Origin: an uncultured Actinomycetes bacterium
GTDB lineage: Bacteria; Actinomycetota; Acidimicrobiia; IMCC26256; PALSA-610
Assembly (NCBI GenBank): GCA_963701825.1
Contig: CAVPBG010000002.1
Location: 731,669 to 795,668, forward strand
DNA length: 64,000 nucleotides
Direction of reading: 5' to 3'
In this document: piece by piece, positions 29,266-38,831 of the stretch
Numbering within the stretch: position 1 is the stretch's first letter
Layout: every line of letters starts with the position of its first letter
Notes under the pieces: generated by a model
Seen by the model: the letters and a program-made list of their open reading frames with translations, nothing else
Databases searched by the model: none
What the model was told of the DNA's origin: nothing
Program-made: the position numbers and the translations under genes

Positions 29266-30677
29266 TCAGCGGACCGGGCGGGCCTTCCAGAAGTAGTTGT
29301 GGATCTCGTCCGAGGTGAAGAGCTTGCGGAACGTCATCTCGACGCGGTCACCGATCTTCAGCGTGTCGGCGTCGACGTCGGTGAGCTCGACCGGGAGCCG
29401 ACCACCGCCGTCCCAGTCGACGACCGCGAACGCGACCGGCGGACTCGGCGAGTACGCGATGCGGTCGATGGTGAGCAGCGCGATCGTGCCCTGCACGTCG
29501 GCCATCGGCGCGGGCGTCATGTCGTCGACCGCGTCGCCGACGCGCGAGACGCGGGCGGGCGGCATGTGCAGCTCGCCGCTCGTGCGGTCGCGGGAACCGA
29601 CGAACGCGTACTTCCATTCCTCGGTGCGGCCCGACACCGATGCCGAGATGCGATCGGGCTCCGGGCGCCGGGGCGGTTCGATGCGCACTTCGCCGCGCCA
29701 GCAGAGGAACTTTCCGTACGTGATGTCGGAGGCACCGTTCGATCTGGGCCGCGACCAGTGCGGGCCGGCGCGGTACGACGTGACCGCCTTCGTGGCGCGG
29801 AACAACATGACATCGGCGCCGTCGGCGAGCACGACCAGCGCGATCACCTGACCGGGTTCGGCGCTCTCGAGCGTGTCTGCGAGGAGCAGCGCCGCGTGCG
29901 CGCGTACCGGTGTTGCCGACCGTCGTGGCGCGATCGTCGACCAGGGCTTCCTTGGCCGTACCGAGCCGGCCGCTGATGGCGCGAGCCGCCCGGGCGTGCA
30001 TGCCGGTGACGATGACGCGTTGGATCTGGTCGGCGGAGAGATCCGTCGACTTCAGTGCCGCGTTCCAGGCCTGCTCGACCAGCGGGCCGTACTTGATCTC
30101 GCCGAAGCGCTCTTCCCAGGCCCGCGACCGCGTCGAGCCCGGAGTGCGCCAACGCTCGAGGAACTCCTCGGTCGTGCTCGCGCCGCCGAGGTATTCGGCG
30201 ATGACGGGGCCGTTCGAATCGTCGCCGATGAGCAGCGCGCCCGCGCCGTCGCCGGTGGCCGACTCGTCGCCACTCGTGGGGAGTCCGCCGCGCTGGTCGG
30301 AGGTGACGAGCAACACGGTGCCGCCACCGGTCGAGCGCGGTGCGCAGCGCGCCGATCGAAGACCGGAGCGCGCCGCCGAAGTCGAAGGCGGCGACGTCGG
30401 TGTCGAGTCGCAACGCCGCGTGCAGCGTCGACGCGTTGTTCTTGTCGAGGTACGCCGGCGACGCGGTCGAGAACCAGAGCGCGTCGGGCGCGGTACCACC
30501 GGGGGCGCTGCGCAGCGCGAGCCGCGCCGCCTCGACACCCATAGTGGTGGTGTCCTCGTCGTAGGACGCGACCGAACGGGTTCCCTTGCCGCCGCCGCTC
30601 CCGAAGGTCTTGGCGATCTCGGACCGTTGAAGGCGCCGGAAGGGCACGTAGCCGCCGGCGCTGATGATGCCTCGCAT
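29266..30677 (-). pseudogene. HMG-CoA synthase/KAS-III-like protein fused to C-terminal DUF35 OB-fold domain; apparent frameshifts
   Basis: Three frame segments are involved: MRGIISAGGYVPFRRL...GALRSSIGALRTAL | GGGTVLLVTSDQRGG...TTVGNTG | AHAALLLADTLESAEPGQVIALVVLADGADV...OB-fold (GTIALLTIDRIAYSP..VELTDVDADTLKIGDRVEMTF). The net +1 shifts are near 30340 and 29900. Confidence 0.75.
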
Positions 30678-30740
30678 GGCCCGGAGTCTATGACGCCGAT
30701 GTCAGCTCCACGAAAGCCGTGCTTGCCGCCGAACGTCGCT

Positions 30741-31901
30741 TCAGGTGGCGCACTGCCGGAGCCAACCGGCTTTGGAGATCTCTTGCGTGTCCAGCGCGAT
30801 CTCCGCGGCAGCGGGGCAGAGATACGTGGCCGGCCCGAGGTGTATCCGGAGTTCGGGTAGCCACGAATCGGGTCCGTTCAGTCCGTGAACCGCCTGCACG
30901 AGACCCGGGCTCCAGAACGTGTCGGAGAGTGTCTTTCCGACGTGCCAGGCGAAGCTGTCGCGAGCCGACTTGGCCGGTCGCGTCGACGGCGCGTAGGAGA
31001 AGGCGGCGTCAATGGTGTTCTCGGCCGTGCTGAACGTCAACGCGGTGAGCTTCGGATCGGCTTGCGCGCCCAGCTGCGCCGCGAGGTGTGCTTGATCACC
31101 ATCGAAGACAGCCTTGTTGCCGGCGACGGCATCCGACTCGCCGACCGGCCCCAGCGTCGTCGTGGTGGTCGTGTTCGGATAAAGGTTGTCGCCGGGTAAG
31201 AGCCGTTGCACCTCGTCGCTCGGCGGCGCCACGATTGCGGCAGTTTCCGTTCCCCAAATGAGCGTGAGGTCGGTGTCCTGCTCGCCGGGATGCAGTTCGG
31301 AAGCAGTATCGAGCTCTCCCATCTGTCCGTTCGAGTCGATCGACGCGGTGAAGATCTCGGTCGCCTTCGATGTGAGGCCGGGGAGTCGAAACTCGATCTT
31401 TGTCGGTCCGTCGCCTTCGGTGCTGATGACGCGCACCGCGGTGATGGGATGCCTCAGGAGTTGATCCAGCACGGTGAATACGAAACCGGGCTGCACACTG
31501 ATGACGCTCGGGATGGGGAGCTCGTGTGTCGTGCGTGCACCCGCAAATGCCACCCAGTTGGCGCTCGGGTTGAGGCGTTCTGGTCGCGCGACTGCAGAAC
31601 CGATAGCGACGTAGGTCGATCCACTCACGAATCGGGTTTCGAACGGCGGATAGGTAGCGGGATCCTTTGCATCGGATGTAACGATGGACGCGTCGCGCGC
31701 TCGGGGTTCGATCACGCCGGTGAACGTGACCAGATCGGTTCCGGACTCGCTCAACGACCCGCGCAACGCGGCACCTTCAGCCGACGAAGCGCGCTTCGCC
31801 GCCGATCGCAATTGATCGACCGGGCTGACGCTGAATCGCTGCGACGCGCAGCCCACCGTGACCAGGGCAACCGCGACCAAGAGCGCGCACAGTTGCTTCA
31901 T
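30741..31901 (-). CDS. lipoprotein, hypothetical
   Basis: MKQLCALLVAVALVTVGCAS is a lipobox signal. 386 aa, intact, with no recognised domain. GC is visibly lower than in the neighbours. Confidence 0.75.
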   Translation of the reverse strand: MKQLCALLVAVALVTVGCASQRFSVSPVDQLRSAAKRASSAEGAALRGSLSESGTDLVTFTGVIEPRARDASIVTSDAKDPATYPPFETRFVSGSTYVAIGSAVARPERLNPSANWVAFAGARTTHELPIPSVISVQPGFVFTVLDQLLRHPITAVRVISTEGDGPTKIEFRLPGLTSKATEIFTASIDSNGQMGELDTASELHPGEQDTDLTLIWGTETAAIVAPPSDEVQRLLPGDNLYPNTTTTTTLGPVGESDAVAGNKAVFDGDQAHLAAQLGAQADPKLTALTFSTAENTIDAAFSYAPSTRPAKSARDSFAWHVGKTLSDTFWSPGLVQAVHGLNGPDSWLPELRIHLGPATYLCPAAAEIALDTQEISKAGWLRQCAT

Positions 31902-31962
31902 TGTGATCGAACCACGTCGACATGATGGCCCACTGCGTCAGGGGTTACCGCAATGCGGGTGG

Positions 31963-32484
31963 TTAGGACGCAGTGCTGCGCGCGACGAGGTCGGACAGGT
32001 GCTGCAGCGAGTTGGCGAGGTGGTCGGGCACGAACGGCGGGAATTGGAGGTACTCGCGCACCTCGGCCGGGACTGCGGACCAGTCGTAGGTCAGCGTCAC
32101 CGTCGTGCGCGACGGGCCGGTCGGCTCGAGGTCGTAACGCCAGGTCCATTCGCCGAAGCTGAGCTCTCCGGTCTCGGGCGACTCATTCCCGGGCTTCCAC
32201 GCGATCGCTCGTGGCTCGTCGAACACCTCGACCAGGTTGGCGATCTTGTAGTCCTTGTCGGGGTGGTTCGGGTGGTGCATCGCCATGCGGAACACCTGGC
32301 CGGCCGCGGTGATGCGATCGCCGTCGAGGGAATCGCGCACCCAGCCGGTGCCGTCGATCGCGGCATGGGCCGACGGGTCGGCCAGCACGGCGAATACCGC
32401 CTCGGGGGAGGCTTCGATCGTTATGGACGCGTTGACGCTCTCGTTTGTCATACCCGTAAGACTGCTTACCGGGTCGGAACTCAT
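31963..32484 (-). CDS. SRPBCC (polyketide cyclase/dehydrase-like) family protein
   Basis: SVNASITIEASPEAVFAVLADP is a typical SRPBCC start. The start is either the ATG at 32484 (MSSDP) or the ATG at 32451 (MTNES). Confidence 0.8.
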   Translation of the reverse strand: MSSDPVSSLTGMTNESVNASITIEASPEAVFAVLADPSAHAAIDGTGWVRDSLDGDRITAAGQVFRMAMHHPNHPDKDYKIANLVEVFDEPRAIAWKPGNESPETGELSFGEWTWRYDLEPTGPSRTTVTLTYDWSAVPAEVREYLQFPPFVPDHLANSLQHLSDLVARSTAS

Positions 32485-32489
32485 CGCGC

Positions 32490-33581
32490 CTATCCGTCGC
32501 GGGCGCGGGGTTGGGCGTCGTGCTTGTGTTCTTCGTCGTGGTGGTGCCAGCAGTAGAGCTTCATGTTGTCGAGGTCGGTGCGACCGTTGTGGGGTGAGCC
32601 GTACGGTCGCATGTGGTGGGCTTCGCAGCGGCTGGGGGGTTGGGTGCAGCCGGGGGCTTGGCAGTGGCCGTCGCGCAGTACCAATGCTTTCCACTGCGCC
32701 GCGGTCGCGGTACGTGTCGCGTGGCCGACGTCGAGGATCTCGGATTTGCCGGCCACGACGACGCGGGTGATGTCGCAGTCGCACATGATCCGCTCGAGCG
32801 TCGTGGCGGACAGACCGCGGTTCTGGCGCCGTTCGCTGCGGATGATGTCGAGCAGTTCGGGGGTGGCGCCGGGGTGTTCGTCGGCGTGGATCACATAGGT
32901 GACGTGGGGACGGGTGCCGTGCGCGGTGCCGACGTCACCGTGATTCAACGACTGGCGGAACAGGTTCGTCACGGCATCCGCGCGCCGTTGCGCGACGGTT
33001 CGGGCGTCGTCGGGGCGCAGGTCACGCTTCATCTCCGCGTTGATTGCGGCTTCGTGGATGTCGGCGGATTCGGGATCGAACAGCCCGTTCACGTTCAACA
33101 GATTGTCGAGACTCCGGGAGGCGTGGTAGCGGCGCCGGTCGTGAAGCTCGGCTTCGGACTTGGTACCACCGTCACCGTCGATCGCGTCGGTCACCCGCCG
33201 GACCACTCCGTGTAACACGCCCGGCCTCTCGATCAGCGCGACCCCGACGAGTGCGTCTTCGACCGGCGACATCTCCGCGGCGCGCTTACGGGTGAACGCG
33301 GTCGCGATCGTGCGGGCATGCTCGACCGAGATGTCGCCGGCACGCAACGCATCCGCAACGACGGGCAACTGTTCGAGTTTGCGGGCCAGGTGCACATGCC
33401 CGTGTGCGACGCCGGCATCCATCCGACACAGCGCCCCGACGGCCGAGCCCGCGCTCGCGAATCCGTCGGTGGCCCATTCGCCGGAGTGGTGGTACTCGGC
33501 GAGCTGTTCGAGCCAGGCCGCCTGAATGGCTTCGACCTCGCACCGCGCCTTGGCGAGCAACTCGCCCAGAGGGGAACACAT
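32490..33581 (-). CDS. DUF222 domain / HNH endonuclease signature protein (13E12-repeat-type)
   Basis: N-terminal DUF222-like helices are followed by a C-terminal HNH region, RDGHCQAPGC...CEAHHMRPY...NMKLYCWHHHDEEH. 363 aa, intact. Confidence 0.85.
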   Translation of the reverse strand: MCSPLGELLAKARCEVEAIQAAWLEQLAEYHHSGEWATDGFASAGSAVGALCRMDAGVAHGHVHLARKLEQLPVVADALRAGDISVEHARTIATAFTRKRAAEMSPVEDALVGVALIERPGVLHGVVRRVTDAIDGDGGTKSEAELHDRRRYHASRSLDNLLNVNGLFDPESADIHEAAINAEMKRDLRPDDARTVAQRRADAVTNLFRQSLNHGDVGTAHGTRPHVTYVIHADEHPGATPELLDIIRSERRQNRGLSATTLERIMCDCDITRVVVAGKSEILDVGHATRTATAAQWKALVLRDGHCQAPGCTQPPSRCEAHHMRPYGSPHNGRTDLDNMKLYCWHHHDEEHKHDAQPRARDG

Positions 33582-33670
33582 GTTCGTATCATAGTCGGAA
33601 AACTCCTATAAACAAAGAGGAAACCGACGACTTCCCGAACACCTTCGTCACCGCGCATGACGAAGGCATC

Positions 33671-34732
33671 ATGGTGTCGATGCCAATGCGAGCGGAGGTG
33701 ATCGCGGGTCGGCTTCGGGACTGGGGCTATCCCGATCTTCCGGTCGAACGGGAAGTGTTCGGGACCACGGATCCCGAAGCGCTCGCGGCCGCGGTGGACG
33801 ATTGGTGCCGTGCGCACCTGGGCGCCGCGATCGAGCGCTACAAGTTCTTCGACTCGAGCAGCGGCAGCGTGCACGGCCTTGTGCTGAGGGACGGGCGTTC
33901 CGTCGTCGTCAAAGGTCATCGCGCCGCCGTCTCGGCCGAGTACCTCGCCGCCGTCGCCGAGATTCAGGCCGCGTTGGCCGATACCGGGTACCCGGCACCG
34001 CGGCCTTTGGCCGGGCCCATCGCCGCGGGAACCGGCCACATCACCGCGGAGGTCATGCTCGCACGCGGACATGACGTCGACGGTCACGATCCGCTCGTGC
34101 GACGCGCGCTCGCCGCCGGTTTGGCGCAGTTCATCGAGCGCTGCGAAAGGCATCGCAGTGTTCTCGAGCGAGTTGCGGCGCCGATGGCAATCGCGCCCGG
34201 CTCCCTGTATCCCACGCCGCACTCGCCGCGTTTCGATTTTGCCGCGACGCAATCGGGTGCGGAATGGATCGACGAGCTCGCGGCCCGGGCGCAGACCCGA
34301 CTACGCGCGGTGCCGACCGTTCGACCCGTCGTCGTGCACGGCGATTGGCGGATCGAGAACGTCTGTGTTCGGGCGAACGAGCTTGTCGCTGTGTACGACT
34401 GGGACAGCGTGTATGTCGCACCGGAAACAACGGCAGTGGCCGCGGCGGCAACGACGTTCAGTGTCGACTGGCGCCAACGCGGCGGCAACCGTTTCCCGGG
34501 TCCACCGGAAATCGGCGCATTCATCTCGGAGTACGAGGTAGCACGCGGCGGCTTCACGTCCGCGGAACGCGACACACTCGTGGCGTCCATGGTCGCCTCA
34601 CTCGCGTACGGCGCGCGCTGCGAACACGCGAACGCGTCACAGCCTTCCTCGTTCGACGACACGCAACGCGGACTCCTCGACAGCATCGGCTCCACCCTGC
34701 TCGAGCACGGTCTCGGATCGTTGTACGACTGA
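33671..34732 (+). CDS. phosphotransferase (aminoglycoside/choline kinase-like fold) family protein
   Basis: The catalytic loop VVHGDWRIENV (HxDxxxxN) and a downstream YDWDS (DxD-like) are present. The ATG at 33671 follows an AT-rich divergent intergenic region. Confidence 0.8.
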   Translation: MVSMPMRAEVIAGRLRDWGYPDLPVEREVFGTTDPEALAAAVDDWCRAHLGAAIERYKFFDSSSGSVHGLVLRDGRSVVVKGHRAAVSAEYLAAVAEIQAALADTGYPAPRPLAGPIAAGTGHITAEVMLARGHDVDGHDPLVRRALAAGLAQFIERCERHRSVLERVAAPMAIAPGSLYPTPHSPRFDFAATQSGAEWIDELAARAQTRLRAVPTVRPVVVHGDWRIENVCVRANELVAVYDWDSVYVAPETTAVAAAATTFSVDWRQRGGNRFPGPPEIGAFISEYEVARGGFTSAERDTLVASMVASLAYGARCEHANASQPSSFDDTQRGLLDSIGSTLLEHGLGSLYD

Positions 34733-34735
34733 AAG

Positions 34736-35950
34736 CTAGGAACGCCCACGCGCGCCGACCGCACGTTTCGCCGCCGCGCCGAGATCGCCTCGGCCGGTCA
34801 CTTCGATGTGGTCGAACTCCAGCCACGACGCGATCAGGCGTAGCTCCGCCACCAACTCGGCCGCGACCTCGCGCTGATCGACATCAGGCTCGGCCCACGC
34901 GCTCTGGACGAGCAGCGCGCCGTTCGCGCGGTCGGCCTTGAGGTCGACGCGACCGACGAGCGAGTCGCCGAGCAGGAAGGGCAACACGTAGTAGCCGTAT
35001 TGCCGTTTGGGCGGCGGGACGTAGATCTCGATTCGATAGTGGAACCCGAACATGCGCAACGCCCGCTCGCGCCGCCACACGATCGGGTCGAACGGGCTCA
35101 ACACCGCGCGCGCCTCGACTCGACGCGGCATCCGTGCCGAGGCGGGCATATACGCGGGCCGATCCCACCCGTCGACGGCGACGACGAGCAGCCGACCCTC
35201 TTCGATGAGCTCGGCCAGCTGCGGTTTGCACAGCGTCGGTTTGAGCCGGTGATAGTCCGCGAGATCATTGAGCGTGCCGATGCCGTGATACTTGGCCGCG
35301 AGCACGAGCAGCTCCTTGCGCGCGTCTGCTGCCGACAACGCTGGCCGCCCCAACACCGACGGCGGGATGATCCGTTCGGTGAGGTCGTACACCCGCGCGA
35401 AGTCCCGCGGCCGGCGGCGTGCACTGACGCGCCCCAAGTAGAAGAGCGCCTCGAGCGCGCGCTTGCCGTCGTCGTGATCCCACCAACTGCCCTTCTTGCC
35501 GACCCGCGCGTTCAGGTCGCCGGCAACCATGGGCCCTTCGGCAGCGACGCGTCGGTACACCTCTTCGATGTAGCTGCCCTGCGCCTCCATGTACTGCCGG
35601 AAGCCGGGCCACGGATGCGGGTGGCTCATCCGCCAACGGTGCAGCGGGTATTGCTCCATCGGGACGAGGCTGGCCTCGTGCACCCAGTACTCGAACAGCT
35701 CGTCCGCGCGCGTCGCGTCGTCGATCAGCGTGCGCGGGTGCGCGCCGAGCCGGGCGAACAACGGCAACTCCTGGCTCCGCACCAACACGTTGACCGAATC
35801 GATCTGGATGAGCCCGATCCGGTCGAGCACCCGGCGGAGATGACGCCGATCGACGCGCCCGGTCGGGCGCGCATCGGTGAACCCTTGTGCCGCGAGCGCG
35901 ATCCGTTTCGCCTGCGCGTTGGAGAGGGTGACGGCGCGGCGAGTAGTCAG
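34736..35950 (-). CDS. winged-helix DNA-binding, YcaQ-like (DUF1006) DNA glycosylase family protein
   Basis: The conserved N-terminus LSNAQAKRIALAAQGF...GLIQIDSVNVL is present and the body is full-length. No ATG, GTG or TTG precedes the conserved N-terminus. The 5' end given here is a CTG overlapping the EthD stop, so the start is uncertain. Confidence 0.75.
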   Translation of the reverse strand: MTTRRAVTLSNAQAKRIALAAQGFTDARPTGRVDRRHLRRVLDRIGLIQIDSVNVLVRSQELPLFARLGAHPRTLIDDATRADELFEYWVHEASLVPMEQYPLHRWRMSHPHPWPGFRQYMEAQGSYIEEVYRRVAAEGPMVAGDLNARVGKKGSWWDHDDGKRALEALFYLGRVSARRRPRDFARVYDLTERIIPPSVLGRPALSAADARKELLVLAAKYHGIGTLNDLADYHRLKPTLCKPQLAELIEEGRLLVVAVDGWDRPAYMPASARMPRRVEARAVLSPFDPIVWRRERALRMFGFHYRIEIYVPPPKRQYGYYVLPFLLGDSLVGRVDLKADRANGALLVQSAWAEPDVDQREVAAELVAELRLIASWLEFDHIEVTGRGDLGAAAKRAVGARGRS

Positions 35951-36234
35951 CCGACGATCTCGGCGGTCTGAATCACCGGCGCGATCGACGTGTAGTTCGC
36001 GACGTCGGCCATCACGTCGCCGGTTCCGGCGGCACCCAACGCGGCGTTGAACGCGTCGACGGAATCGAAGGTGAAGTGCACCGCGGCGACATACGGACCG
36101 TCGATGCCCTTGTCGATCTCGGTCGAGACCGGGCTCCACGTCTTCACCGCGAGCGGCACGTGCTGGTTGCGGTAGTAGTCGTGGTCGAAGGTTGCGCCTT
36201 CGGTGGTCGGATAGAAGACGCTGAATCGCATCAT
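35947..36234 (-). CDS. EthD family reductase
   Basis: 95 aa. MMRFSVFYPTTEGATFDHDYYRNQHVPL is the typical EthD start. Confidence 0.8.
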   Translation of the reverse strand: MMRFSVFYPTTEGATFDHDYYRNQHVPLAVKTWSPVSTEIDKGIDGPYVAAVHFTFDSVDAFNAALGAAGTGDVMADVANYTSIAPVIQTAEIVG

Positions 36235-36331
36235 CGTGGTCGCCTCTCGTCACGAATTGCCGGGGATGGTTCGCCAATTATGTCCGGTCCCGCCTTCGGC
36301 TGCCGGGGTGGGCGATCCCTAATCTGCACGG

Positions 36332-37581
36332 ATGCGGCTCGGAGACATCGCGAACGAAGAAGCACAGCAGTACGGCAAGCCGCTCGACGGCGTGCGCGTG
36401 CTCGCGGCGGAGCAGATGCAGGCGTTGCCGTACGCGACGCAACTCCTCGCCCGGCTCGGCGCCGAGGTCGTCAAGGTCGAGCACCCGGTGCACGGTGAGT
36501 CGGGGCGGGCGTCGTCGCCGGCCATGCTCGATCCCGACGGCCGCAAGGTCGGCGCCACCTACCTGCGCAACAACTTCAACAAGCGCAGCGTCGGGATCGA
36601 CCTGAAGCTGCCCGAAGGCCGCGAGCTCTTCCTCGCCCTCGTGCCGAAGTTCGACGTCGTCGCCGAGAACTTCAAGCCCGGAACCATGGACCGCATGGGT
36701 CTCGGTTACGACGTGATCTCGAAGACCGATCCCCGCGCCATCTACGTGTCGATCTCGGGCTTCGGCAACACCGTCGAGACGCCGTACCGCGACTGGCCCG
36801 CGTACGCGTCGATCGTCGAGGCGATGTCGGGTATCTACGACTACCGCCATCCCGACGAGCCGCCGGTGACGATTCCCGTCGGCGCGTTGGGCGACATCAG
36901 CTCCGCGCTGTTCGGCGTGATCGGGATCCTGGCCGCGCTGCGCCACCGTGATCACACCGGGGTCGGTCAGTACGTCGACATCGCGATGTTCGACGCGATG
37001 GTTGCCATGACCGACATCGTCACCAACTTCTGGTCGCTGGGCGTGCGTCCCGAACCGGGCAAGGGGCTCGAGGTCATCTGCGAAGGGTTCCGTGCGTCCG
37101 ACGGTTTCGTCGTCGCGCAGATCGTGCGCGAGCACCAGTTCTGGAACCTGGGCGACCTCGTCGGGCATCCGGAATGGCGCGACGATCCGCGCTTCTCGAC
37201 GCGCGCGGGATGGGCGGCCGCGTCTCGAGTCGGAGATCCGGCCCGCGGTCGACGCGTGGGCGGCGCAAGCACACCAAGCTCGAAGCGGCGCGCGCGCTCA
37301 CCGAGGCGGGGGTGGTCGCGGGCCCGAGCAACCACGCCTCCGACGTGATCACCGATCCGCACGTCGCCGCCCGCCACATGCTCGTCGAGATGCCGCGCAC
37401 CGACGGTGTCTCCGACCCGGTGCTCGTCCCGGGCAATCCGGTCAAGCTCTCGAAGATGAGCGAAGGCCCCGAGACACGCGTGCCGTGGGTGGGGGAGCAC
37501 ACCGCCGCGGTGTTGGCCGCGGAGCTCGGCCTGACCGACGCCGATCTCGCCGGTCTCCGCGAACGCGGCGTCATTTCCTGA
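36332..37581 (+). pseudogene. family III CoA transferase (CaiB/BaiF-like); apparent frameshifts
   Basis: GVRVLAAEQMQALPYATQLLARLGAEVVKVE and DVVAENFKPGTMDRMGLGY are present. The C-terminus is split: ..RFSTRAGWAA | RLESEIRPAVDAWAAQ | HTKLEAARALTEAGVVAGPSN...GVIS*. The net +1 shifts are near 37220 and 37270. Confidence 0.85.
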
Positions 37582-37620
37582 CTAGGCGGCCGCCGGGTCG
37601 GCTCTCGTACAATCCGGCGC

Positions 37621-38827
37621 ATGGACTTCGATTTCTCGCCCGAGCAGCGCGCCTTCGAACAAGAGGTCATCGAGTTCCTCGACGAGCACGACGACCCCGA
37701 CGTGTTCGACCTGACCCGCGAGAACATGGCGCAGATCGTCGACACGCCCAAGCGCCGCGCCTTCATGGCAGGCCTGGGCGAGCGGGGTTGGCTCGGCCTC
37801 ACCTGGCCGAAGGAGTACGGCGGCTCCGAGGGCGAGGGCGTCTACGAGTACCTCCTCAACGAGCAGCTCGCGGCGCGCGGCGGCCCGCAGATCGGCAAGG
37901 GCGTCGGCATCATCGGCAAGACGCTCATCAAGGAGGCGAGCGAGCAGATGAAGCAGGAGTTCCTGCCGCAGATCCTGCGCAACGACGTGGAGTTCGCGGT
38001 CGGCTACAGCGAGCCGAACGCGGGCTCCGACGCGGCGTCGATGCGGCTCAAGGCCGAGCGCGGCGAACGCGACGGCAAGCCGGGCTGGATCCTCAACGGC
38101 CAGAAGACGTGGACCACCTCCGCGCACTTCGCCGAGTGGTACTGGCTCGGCACGCGCACCGATCCCGACAACAAGCACATGGGCATCACGCTCATGCTCG
38201 TGCCGCTCGACCAGCCCGGCGTCACCATCAAGGGCATCTGGACGATGGGCGACGAGCGCACCAACGAGGTCTTCATCGAAGACGTGTTCGTGCCCGACGA
38301 GTACGTGGTCGGCGAGGTCAACCACGGCTTCCAGTACATCTCGCAGGCGCTCGACCTCGAGCGGTTCACGATGTTCACGTTCTCGCCGATCAAGCAGCGC
38401 CTCGACCTGCTGATCGACTACGTGAACACCACGACGCGCGACGGCGTGCCGCTCCGCGACGACCCGGTGGTCCGCCAGCGGATCGCGCAGCTCGTCACCG
38501 ACGCCGAGGTCGCGCGCGTGCTCGGGCTTGAAGGTGGTCGCGGCGTCGATGAAGGGCGAGAAGGTCCCGGGCACGCCGCCGCCGACGGTCGAGTCGTCGA
38601 AGTACAAGCTGTTCGCCACCGAGTTCTCGCGGCGGCTCGCGAGCGCGTCGATGGACATCGGCGGTCCCGGCACGCAGCTGCGCGTGCGCACGAAGACCGC
38701 GCCGATGGAGGGCCGGGCCGAGTCGACGTACCGCTACACCGTGATCGACACGATCGGCGGCGGCGCGTCGGAGATCCAGAAGAACATCATCGCCCGCCGC
38801 GGGCTCGGTCTCCCGAAGAACTTCTGA
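37621..38827 (+). pseudogene. acyl-CoA dehydrogenase (FadE-like); apparent frameshift
   Basis: MDFDFSPEQRAF.., GYSEPNAGSDAAS and QKTWTTSAH are present. The C-terminal helical domain continues in the +1 frame from about 38528 (..EVARVLGL | KVVAASMKGEK...YTVIDTIGGGASEIQKNIIARRGLGLPKNF*). Confidence 0.85.
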
Positions 38828-38831
38828 CGCC

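Noticed and set aside
32490-33581. DUF222-HNH gene as part of a mobile element or homing cassette
   Set aside because: I could find no flanking inverted or direct repeats, integrase, transposase or intein/intron context by eye. I retain it only as a marker of the lower-GC islet.
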